From Eledone cirrhosa (lineage: Eukaryota): DNA of 64,000 nt. This document shows positions 53,189 through 64,000 of this stretch, in pieces; position 1 is the first letter of the stretch, and the number at the start of each line of letters is the position of its first letter. The translations under genes and the position numbers were made by a program. The stretch spans positions 6,820,001 to 6,884,000 of the forward strand of contig OZ024762.1 in assembly GCA_964016885.1 (NCBI GenBank), written 5' to 3'. Under the pieces are notes generated by a model, which saw only the letters and a list, made by a program, of their open reading frames with translations, made no database searches and had not been told where the DNA came from.

Positions 53189-53475
53189 TTCCAACAAACC
53201 CTTTAAATATTCCCATGATAGATATAATAAGCACCCTAACAACAACTAAGTCTTATATATTATAATTGAACAGTATCTCTCGTGTTGGTGCTATGATAAT
53301 ATGCACCCAGTACACTCTGTAAGGTGGTAGTGGTGGTGGTGCCACAATAAAATTTAGTGCACTCTGTAAAGAGGCAATGCTGATGCCACAATAATATGCA
53401 CCCAGTACACTCTGTAAGGTGGTTGGCATTAGAAATGGTATCCAGTAATAGAAACCATGGTAAATACAGAACGTA

Positions 53476-54366
53476 CTTGGCGTGGCAATAAAGTCTTTAG
53501 AATAGTAGGCTGTGTGTCATATATAGCAGCAAATGTAGTTAATATTAGTTGGAATTTGAACTTTGTTGAACACGTGTGACATTCTGTATGAATGCTGTAT
53601 TTTGTCACAGGCATAATTAGTTTGTTGTCATTCATGTGAGTTTATAATACATGCCTCAAATGGATTTAAATGAAGAAAATTTTAGAGCATATGTTTTCAT
53701 TGAATGGAAACGAGGCAAATCAGCAACAAATATTATTGCACAATTGAAGGAGAGTGGAATTAACAATGTTCCAGCAAATTTAACCATTTATCATTGAGTG
53801 AAACAATTCGAAGATGGCAGTAGATTATCACTTATTGATGCTCCTTGTTCTGACCGTCCTTGCACAACCACAACATGCCAACATTCAACTCATTCAAAGT
53901 ATCATTGTTGCAGAAACAAAACAATCATTGTGTTGCATTGCACATGTTACTGGAATAAACAAAGAAACAGTTCGTCAAATTTTAACAGATACCCTTGGTT
54001 TATGAAAACTTTGTTCAGTTTGGGTACCACATGTCTTATCGCCAGCCAACAAACATAATCGAGTACTGTGTGCATCATCAATCATTGATCTTTTTGCTAA
54101 CAACAGTATCAAAGATTTGATGTGCAAACAGGCAGTGAAGGATGAAACTTGGGTTGTTTTTGCTTCATTAGGTGGTAAATGAATCGTTGCACGGGTTTCA
54201 ACAATTGCCAAAGGAATGGTTCCAGAAAGAGTTAAATGCTTTGCATAAGCACTGTAAAGGTGTTATTGCATTCAATGGAGATTATGTTTTGTAGAATGAA
54301 TAAATTTTAGTTTCAATATGTTGTGCAATTTCATTTAAAGGGTTATTCTAAAGACTTTATTGCCAC
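53476..54366 (+). mobile_element. Internally deleted mariner element with 23-bp perfect TIRs
   Basis: GTGGCAATAAAGTCTTTAGAATA (53482-53504) is inverted at 54344-54366. The transposase remnant has an HTH region, WVPHVL and DETWV. Confidence 0.85.
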
Positions 54367-55574
54367 ATAAATTAATTACTGATGAATTAGGAGTTATGAA
54401 AATTATCAACTCTTTCATAACCATATTTCTAATGAAATACACTTCACTTCAAATAATTAATGAGGAATTTGGAGGGATTTAGTTAAATTATTAACTATTT
54501 CATGACGACATTACTAATGAAATACACTACACTTCAATTAATTAATGAAGGATCTAGTGAGATTTACTAAAATTATTAACCTCTGCGTGACCATATTGCT
54601 AATGAAGTACATTGTATTTCAAATAATTAATGAAGAATTTGAAGCGAGTTACTAAAAATTCTTAATGATTTTTTTTATTATGTTTTTTGTCAAGCTGGTA
54701 TTTGTAAACATGACAATTTCTAATTTAGCTGATGTTTGTAGCATAAGTTAATGAAAAATTCTTATGCTGGAATATAAACCACTCTGAATTAAATGAATTA
54801 TATCATAGAACCAGACAGCAGATTGGCCGAGTGCTTTGCAGTATTCATTTCAGCTCTCTGCTCGCTGAGTTCAAATCCCACAAAGGTCAACTCTGACTTT
54901 CATCCATTCAAGGTTGTTAAAAAAAGTACCAGTCTAATATTGGGTTCAATTCTCTCTATATATCTCTTTCTCCCTTTCATTCTCTCACTTTCTATCCTTC
55001 TCTGGAAGAAATCTGATCTCTTCAGACCTGGAGAGAAGATGGACTCCACCAGGTTTTAAAAATGCCCAAGAAATGCTGTATGTCATTACGCCACCCCTAC
55101 GACTCCTCCGGGAGTTATGGGACCAAGAACCAGGGTTAGTTTGACATCAAAAGGATTAAAATTGGTGTTTTTTTGGTTTTATAGAATTAAAAGTGGTTTT
55201 GGAAGCAGGTTGGTAGCAAGAAGTTTAAAGTGTTAGTTAACAATTAAAGGTGAACTAGCTCTCGTTAAGTTGATAAATTGCTCTTTACTGCAAAAATGTC
55301 TGCAAGAACCAACTTTAAAAATAAATGCCATACATTTTTAAAATGTTCTCTAAAAACTGGAGAAAATGTTCTATATTGTAGCTAATTGCCAGGGTTAAAT
55401 GGATTTAATTTCAAAGTAATTTAAATTGTTGCAAGTCATGAAAAATCCTTTTTTTAAATTAAATTGTTATAACTTCTTTGTTGTTTTATTTTCATCTTCT
55501 TCAACAAATTAAAAGAAACCACATTAAGGAAGATGAAGAAAGAAAGAAGAAAAGGGGGAGGGGAACGACAATGA

Positions 55575-55781
55575 TGAGAAGAAGAAAAAATAGAAGAAAA
55601 TGAAGAAAAAGAAAAGAAGAAGAAAAGAAAAAGAAAAGAAGAAGAAGAAAAGAAGAAAAGAAGAAAAGAAGAAGAAGAAGAAAAGAAGAAGAAAAGAAGA
55701 AGAAAAGAAGAAGAAGAAGAATAATAAGAAGAAAAGAAGGCACAAAGAAGAAGAAGAAGAAGAAGGCAAAGAAGAAGAGAA
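55575..55781. repeat. (GAA/GAAAA)n purine tract
   Basis: Direct inspection. Confidence 0.95.
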
Positions 55782-58700
55782 GGCATGTTGGGCAAATATC
55801 TATTCTCTAGCCTTTCATAGACATAAGCATGGTTAGTTAAATATGGTAGCTAGAGACTGTAATTCATAGGTTCACAAGTCCATCCATGCCAAATATTGTG
55901 ACACGCTGATTCGACTTGGGATTTACATGAAGAGTACAAATGTCTGCGGAATACTCGACCATTTATACTAAAATAGTTTATGATTTAGGTACAAGGCCAA
56001 CAATTTTAGGGTAGGGCAAAGTCGATTAAATCGACCCCAGTGCATTACTGGTACTTTATTTTATCGACCCTGTAATGATGAAAGGCAAAGTTAACTGTGG
56101 CAGGATTTGAACTGTGAATGCAAAGGGACATAACAATTTGCCACAAAGCATGTTGTCTAATGCTCTACCTGGACTGTACCTATAATTCAAAGGACCAGCC
56201 AGGCCACAGATTATGTTATGCTGATTTAGCTAGGGAATTATGTTAAGAGTACGCATGTTTGTGGAATACTCAACCAGTTACACGTTAATTCCCAAGTTGG
56301 ACAGACAACTGATTAAACATCATCAGAACAGATTTATTCATCATTACAAACATGACAGAAAAAAAAAGGAGCTGATCATTAAATTGGACAAAGGAAATGA
56401 TGTTCCCATTATTTATTTTCATTTCTGGTACTCTCTGCCACTCGCAACTCTTGGCAGAAGGAAAAGGAGCTGATTGTTAGATCAGACCAAGGAAACAATG
56501 TTCCCCTAGGTCATTCTATTGTTGATACTTTCTGTCAGTTACAATCCTGGCAGAAGAAAACAGCTAATTGTTAGATTGGACCAAGAAAATGATGTTCTCA
56601 TTAGCCATTGCTGATATTTACTATCTGTCACTTGCAACTCTTGGCAGAAGAAGCAATGTGAAATAAAGTATTTTGCTCAATAACCCCACGCACGACCCAG
56701 TTCAGGAATTGAACCCACAACCTTATCATTGTGAACACAACACACTCACCATTAGGCCACTTACCTTCACATGATGTTTATTGATGTAGTAGCTTTTATC
56801 ATAACTTTGCTTGATCAGAGAGCTAACATATCGCTATGGAATGGATCTCCATCAGTTTCAACGATGATTGTTGCAGTTGTATGATCAACTGAACAGCCTG
56901 CTCATGAAATTAACATGCAAGTGACTGAGCATTCCATAGACACATGTTCCCTTAACATTATTCTCAGGGAGATTCAGCATGACACAGTGTGAGACAGGGT
57001 TGACCCTTTGAATTACAGGTACAATCCATTCTGCTTATGGACCTCCATCCCATGCTAGCATGGAAAATGGATGTTAATGGTGATGATGATTATGATGATG
57101 AAGAGTGTTCTAGTTGTATGATTAACAGTATGAGACAGAGCTGACCCTTTGAATATTAGGTACAGTCCATCGCATGGACTTTTAAACAGTTTCTATCTAT
57201 CCAGTTTCACTCACAAGGCATGGGTCAACTGGAGACTGTGGTAAAGCACACTTGCCCAAGATGTCATGCAGTGGGATCGAACCTGGGACCGAATGATTAC
57301 AAAGCTAACTTGTTAACCATTAGACCATGCTGCATCCACAACCCATAGCTAAACAACAATAAGAAGATCAATCAGGTGGCCCTGTAAGACATCACAGACT
57401 TTGTCCTTCTCCCCTTTCACTAAAAGAAAATGTACAAATTTCCTAGAAATTGGATTTAGCTGAGGAAGGTATTTCTCGAATATTTCTTAATCACTCACTT
57501 TGACAGAAGAGATGATTAATAGCTGCTATTTTATGGATTCCTCCTCATCTGTATGGCAGCAGAGTCTGTCTTTAGAGATACCAGCTACAAAATCAGATAC
57601 TGTTAAACATCTTGTACAACTCACTACTCTCTCTTTCTCTGTCTCACTTTCACTATCTTACAGAAGCGTAACCCTTTCCTTACCATATTTCTAATGAAAT
57701 ACAATAACTGTGGTAATTTAGAAAATAATCAAGAATTTTGAGGGATTTAATAATATAACTAACTTTTGTTTCATAGGATGAGAGCTGGTTTTTGCCAGGT
57801 TGGTATCATAAAAGTTAATCCTTTCATTTTGATATTTCTAATGAAAGGAGCAGCCTGTAATTTTGAAATCTTTTTGAAAATAATTTGAAAACAAACTTTA
57901 TCACAGTTAAGCTGCTGTTTGGAGCATAATTTAACAATGGGTCTATCATAAAATTATGATGGAAGGATTTTAGATAAATATAAACACTTTAACCCTTCTG
58001 CTTCCATATTTCCAATGAAAGGCATTGCCAATGAGTATGAAATAATTTTGGAAATGATCAAAAATTTAGAGGGATTTCGTAATATAACTTTCTCATTAAG
58101 CTGTTGTATGGAACATACATGTTTTTACATCAAATTATGATGGAACATTTTTATGGAGATTATATCTAAAAACATTTTTGTTTATTCAAATCTTTATAGT
58201 ATCTTTACTAGTGGACAGATCATCGTGAACAGTTTTACTTTTTGAGTATGTATGGGCACGTAACTCCTCAAGGAATCGAAGGGGCACCGTATTGACATAC
58301 AATGTTTCTAGGGCATTTTTGAAACCTGGTGGCACCCATCACCTCTCCAGGTCAGAATACAGCAGGATAGAAAGTGAAAGAAAGAAGTTGCAAAAGAGAT
58401 ATAGAGGAAGAATCGACCCCAGTAGTAGACTGGTACTTGATGAACTGGTACTGGATGAAATGCAAAGGTGTCCTCGACGGGATCTGAACTCAGAGAGTAG
58501 AGAGCTGGAATGAATAAGACAAAACATTCTATCTGACATTCTAATGACTCCGCCAATTCACCACCTTATATTGTTCATCTAAATGGAAGCTGAACAGCCA
58601 AAACTCGTTATGAAGAATTGAATTAAGTCTTGGTGGAAATCTACTTGTCTGTAATAATTTATACAATCTAAAGAACACAAAATGTATGCTAATCTTAGTT

Positions 58701-59038
58701 AGACTAAACTCAGGTAGGTTTCAAAGCCACAACAATAATACAGACGAGGTGTTTGTAATAATATCACCTTTAAGATGTACGATAAAGTGATATATAGATG
58801 GAAGAGTCAGTCTTTGAGTTAGTGAGTTTAACACGCACACACAGCAAGAGCTGTGCCGTGATAAGAAGCGTGAGATTTTTCACAAGGGAATCTATAGGTG
58901 TTTATCTTTACATTGTGATAGCTGCCAATTGCTTATAATATAAAACATTTTCTGATAAGATTAAGATTACTGTGTATACTTGAATATAAGTTTCCCCCAC
59001 CCTCCTGTTTCATGTCTGAGAAATGGGCAAAAATCCAA

Positions 59039-59731
59039 ACCCCATTATAAGCGAAGGCAATTAATCAACACATTATGTTTAGATGATAGCGTAGTTTTGA
59101 AATTCTCATGAATATAAAATGTATTTTATGAAGTTTTAATATTTTAATGTTTAAAATGTTTTAAGTGTCATTTGAAATATAATTTTTGTTTCCCAGCTCC
59201 ATTACATAATGATTTTTTACAAATTCAACAAGTTTCTCAAATTTGTTATTTACTTCTGGCCACTCATACTGGGAGAAGTTGACAGCAAGAGATCAAATAA
59301 GAGAACTTTGTATAGGAATTCATAGTGTAGAAGATGGAGGGAGAGACATGAAGTGAGAGAGAGGCAAAAGTGAGACGGAAGAGAGAATGAGAGCAATAAA
59401 ACACATGTCAAAATTAAGAAAGAAAAAGTATTATTAAGTCAGAAAAAACAGTCAATCTGTGTACGCATGAATGTATGGCATGTATGTGTTCAGGTATATG
59501 GGTGTGTATGTGTATATATGTGCAAGCATATATGTGTAGGGGACATTTATAAATTAAAAAGTTCAAATTAAAAAACAATTGTTGGGAACGTTCTCAAGGG
59601 AGTGCATAAATAACACTCATAACAATGTAGTAAATATAGAAAAACAGTGTTTCATTATAAAATAATCACTCCAGATATTTTAGCACCTTCTGTATAATTT
59701 GAAGTAGGTGAAAATCAGCAAAATATTGACC
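59039..59731 (+). repeat. About 700-bp dispersed repeat, copy 2
   Basis: Co-linear with 755-1459. Confidence 0.8.
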
Positions 59732-60059
59732 TTGAATATAAGCCAACCCACAATTCTAGCATCAAATATTTTGTCACATATTCTTGGCATATATACTAGT
59801 ATATATAGTAGATTCCAAGTTATTGATGGTACACAATCTGTTCTCTTGTAGAAGCACAACAGATGCGGGGATAGTAACACATTCAGCAGCACACACAGTA
59901 ACGCATTTAATAAATCGAAACCATTTTCATGAAATACAAAAAGATTGACAGTTTAGTCTGATATATATATATATCTATATATATATATATATCATCATCA
60001 TCATCACCTTTTAGTGTCCACAGGGGTTAGACAGGCCATCCACGCCAGGAGGCAAGCTC

Positions 60060-60360
60060 AGTGTGTAAGAAAGTAGTTAGAAATTCCATTCTATGCCCCA
60101 AATACAAACTATAGGTACATAAAAGATGTAGTGGGATCACAGGTAATATCTAAGAATGTAGATATTATATGTGGCCGATGTTCAGGTGTATTAGGTAACA
60201 AGGAACCACTAGATGCTATTTCCTTCAACTGCCCAGATGGTTCTATAGAAATAGTAGACACCTTCCTTTAGCTGGGTGACAAAATCAGCAGTGGAGGAGG
60301 GTGCTCTGAAAGTGTAGTAGCCAGAGTTAGAACGGGGGTGGAAAAAGTTCAGAAAGCTAA
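60060..60360 (+). mobile_element. Decayed RTE RT fragment
   Basis: VHKRCSGITG..., EIVDTFL*LGDKISSGGGCSESVVARVRTGWKKF. Confidence 0.7.
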
Positions 60361-60373
60361 TACTATGTGTGTG

Positions 60374-60414
<41 letters not shown>

Positions 60415-60415
60415 A

Positions 60416-60458
<43 letters not shown>

Positions 60459-60459
60459 C

Positions 60460-60504
<45 letters not shown>

Positions 60505-60546
60505 CGTGTGTGTGTTTGTGTATATATATATATGTCTGTGTGTGTA

Positions 60547-60591
<45 letters not shown>

Positions 60592-61396
60592 TCATCATCA
60601 TCTTCGTTTAACGTCCATCTTCCACACTAGCATGGGTTAGACGGGAGTTGTCCCACTTGAGGCAAGGTTGGTCAGGTGACCGTGTCTCGCTCATATAGGA
60701 CTATCTGGCAGGTTTTCTATGGCTGGATGCCCTTCCTAACACCAACCACATTTACAGTGTGGAACTGGGAACCTTTTACCGTGTTACCTACACGGCCACA
60801 TTACAGCGTGGACTGTGTGTTTTTTTGTCGTGACACCTACACGATCTCGGTGTGTTTGTGTGTCTGTGTCTGTGTATCACAAAACCGAATTTCATCTGAG
60901 GATACAGTTCTCATAACAGCAACAAATACATGAATTACATCAGTAGAGGTAGACTACAGATGGTTCTATAGAAATAGTAGACACCTTCCTTTACCTGGGT
61001 GACAAAATCAGAATAATAATAACATTAATAAAGATGCTGATGCTACATAAATTGTTTATTCATTATATAGACATACACAGACATACACACCGAGATCGTG
61101 TAGGTGTCACGACAAAAAACACACAGTCCACGCTGTAATGTGGCCGTGTAGGTAACACTGTAAAAGGTTCCCAGTTCCACACTGTAAATGTGGTTGGTGT
61201 TAGGAAGGGTATCCAGCCGTAGAAAACCTGGAGAATCGTTGAAATAATTATAATGAATAAACGATTTATGTAACATCAGCATCTTTATTAATGTTATTAT
61301 TATACTGAATCTCCATCGTAACTACAAACTATGAATGTTGAGAGCTTTCTCCTGCTTGCTCCTGTTTTTACCAAAACAATCTCTTCAGAATATATA

Positions 61397-61760
61397 TCCG
61401 TTGGATGTGCAATGTCAATGTGCATGAACGACCAAGCATAGACGAGTTGAGAAAGAAACTGGGTATAAGAGGGATAAGTTGTGGTGTGCAGAAGAGAAGG
61501 CTGAGATGGTATGGACATGTGATGCGCATGGAGGATGACCGCTGGGTAAAGAAGTGTCAAGAAATCCCAGTAGAAGGAAGACACAGTAGAGGTAGACCAC
61601 AAAAAACATGGGCGGAAGTGGTGAGAGCAGACCTCAGATCGCTGAAACTCACCGAGGAGATGACGAAGGACCGTGACAAGTGGAAAGATGCTGTGCTGAA
61701 TAGGACCTGTCCAACCCTTGCAAGCAGGGAAAAGCGGACGTAAAATGATAAAGATGATGA
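61397..61760 (+). mobile_element. RTE LINE 3' end
   Basis: RRLRWYGHVMRMEDDRWVKKC...GRPQKTW and the RTE tail. Confidence 0.9.
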
Positions 61761-61865
61761 TATATATATATATATATAAAATTGTATCTATATATAAATA
61801 TATCTATATATAAATATATATATATATAAACATTTATAATGTCTTTATAATGTAATTATATATAT

Positions 61866-61907
<42 letters not shown>

Positions 61908-61984
61908 ATATTATATATATATTATATATATATATATTATATATATATATTATATATATATATATATTATATATATATATATAT

Positions 61985-62018
<34 letters not shown>

Positions 62019-62096
62019 ATATTATATATATATATTATATATATATATTATATATATATATATTATATATATATATTATATATATATATATATTAT

Positions 62097-62159
<63 letters not shown>

Positions 62160-62251
62160 ATATTATATATATATATTATATATATATATTATATATATAT
62201 ATATTATATATATATATTATATATATATATATATTATATATATATATATAT

Positions 62252-62285
<34 letters not shown>

Positions 62286-62324
62286 ATATTATATATATAT
62301 ATATTATATATATATATTATATAT
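61761..62324. repeat. About 560-bp (TA)n tract with TTA interruptions
   Basis: Direct inspection. Confidence 0.95.
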
Positions 62325-62896
62325 GGATAAATGAATCCACCCAACACTTATCAGAAACTTTTTCCAAACAAACACTTTCCACTTTCTTCCTTCCTCTTTC
62401 CTACAACCCCACCTTACACCCCTTCACTCTCTACCTGCCCCACCCTTGGGGCTTCCCAACCTATTAAAGAGAGATAATGAGGGAGAAAACATGATAAGAT
62501 GTGAGAGAAAGGGTCATAAGATCAGCTGATAAGATCAGCTGTGATTGCAGAAGGTTATCATGAAGTCAGTCATAAGAAGATCACACAACCAGTTAGGGTG
62601 AAAAAACAAACAAACCAAAAAAGCAAACCATAAAAGAAAATAAAAAACAACATTATGCTGAAAGCAGTGAAACAATATATATGTATGTATATATATATAT
62701 ATTATATAATTTTCAAAAATTTATACCTTGCTGAAGATTTTATAAATTATATATACATATATATAAGCAAAGAGATATTTAATTTGTTGGTTATTCAAAA
62801 AATTTATTTATATCAGATTCGAAGCACTCTACAGATTTTCTGGAGTATAATATCAATGATATTAATAAATGGAAACTATATTTATAAAACCATATT

Positions 62897-62957
62897 TATT
62901 TTATTATATATATTTCAAGCGTCGCAAAATTTTGGTACGCTCTCATCAGATAAAATA
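62897..62957 (-). ncRNA. Type I hammerhead ribozyme motif
   Basis: Minus strand TATTTTAT-CTGATGA-GAGCGT.CCAAAATTTTG.GACGCTT-GAAA-TATATA-TA-ATAAAATA; perfect 8-bp stem I. Confidence 0.85.
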
Positions 62958-63107
62958 CAAAATTTGTTTTATAAAAGGTGGCTTTATTGAATAAAATTAT
63001 AAAAAGATGATTTATTTTTATGCTTATAGCATTTTTTCAATAATTAAGTAACTATTCATTATATATCTGTTTTCCTATAAACACAAATCTGTCCTCAAAT
63101 ACCTTAA

Positions 63108-63327
63108 CCCTTTAGCATTCACATTATTTTATATATACTATCATATTTTCATGGTAAAGGCTTTACCTCTCATAATTATCTCACATAATATCGAATCTAT
63201 GAGATTTTAAAAGTATTTATTTTGAGAACAATACCTTAACATCAGTTTGAGCGACCAGTTCCAGCCAGTTTCAACAGAAAGAGGTAGAGAATTCTGGCCA
63301 GTTTGGGCCGGTTTGAACATTAAAGGG
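63108..63327 (+). mobile_element. TTAA-flanked MITE (piggyBac-like)
   Basis: TTAA|CCCTTTAGCATTC...GAACATTAAAGGG|TTAA; three copies in the window. Confidence 0.8.
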
Positions 63328-63444
63328 TTAAACACTCTGTGTATATATATCAATAATGACTTACTCTAAGGACTTGAATTTTCAAATTAAAGATCACCAG
63401 ATAATCAGAAGAAGGGAGGTAGGTGTAAAAACCAAACACACTGT

Positions 63445-63838
63445 ATTCCTGCCAACCCTTACCGAGGGTCATGAATCTTGGGTAATGACCGAAAAAATCT
63501 AATTTCAAATACAAGCAGCTGAAATGGGGTTCCTCCGAAGGGTCTTTGGAGTAATGTTAATCAATAAAGTGCATAGATAAAAGAGTCACTCCAGGTAGAG
63601 CCGCTACTTCTCCAAATTGAGAGATCACAGCTCCGATACTATGGACATGTGGTTAGAATATATCGGGAAAGAATCAATGGACAGATTTTACGGGCAAAAC
63701 TAACCGGCAAGAGACCCAGAGGTAGACCCCAAGCAAGATGGTTAGATAGCATCCATGAGCTTGGCTGATCACGCTTGGGGATCCAGCTGGATCAGATGGA
63801 GACAGGTGCTTCTGACAGGACCTACTGGAAGGAGTGTT
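63445..63838 (+). mobile_element. RTE LINE (second family) 3' region
   Basis: PTLTEGHESWVMT...QAAEMGFLRRV...LRYYGHVVR...KRPRGRP. Confidence 0.8.
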
Positions 63839-64000
63839 GATAACCCACCTCAAAAATTGTAAACCTTGTGCCTAAATTAGACATGTTAGCTTTGCCTTCC
63901 GTCCTTAGGAGGTAGATTAAATAAAGTACCAGTAATGCACTGGGATCGATTTAATGACTTTCTCTTCCCCCAAAATTGTGGCCTTGTGCCTAAATCAGAC

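Noticed and set aside
54370-54410. CTGATGA...GAAA on the plus strand
   Set aside because: No valid stems I or III; it is part of an AT-rich dispersed repeat.
55600-55836. Lys/Glu-rich ORF
   Set aside because: (GAA)n microsatellite.

Overview
AT-rich, repeat-saturated eukaryotic non-coding DNA (intron or intergenic). The repeat content resembles an octopus/cephalopod genome; this is an inference from the SINE, RTE and microsatellite make-up, not a database match. No confident host gene is present. Nearly all long ORFs in the track are microsatellite artefacts. The real coding remnants come from transposons: RTE LINEs (one lineage carries a Cys4-His-Cys3 PHD-type finger inside the RT region), an R4/Dong-like and a CRE-like restriction-like-endonuclease retrotransposon, a CR1-like fragment, and two Tc1/mariner relics. 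There are also at least two tRNA-derived SINE families and TTAA-flanked MITEs. The main hidden signal is a dispersed family of short elements carrying type I hammerhead ribozyme motifs (CUGAnGA...GAAA, short mostly palindromic stem III, NUH site). Six complete motifs lie at about 7.1, 24.5 (two), 32.9, 37.9 and 62.9 kb, with several truncated or decayed copies elsewhere. They abut (TA)n tracts, and several form head-to-head fold-back duplications, consistent with Penelope-like pLTR or retrozyme-type elements. Most repeat boundaries are approximate because they were read by eye.
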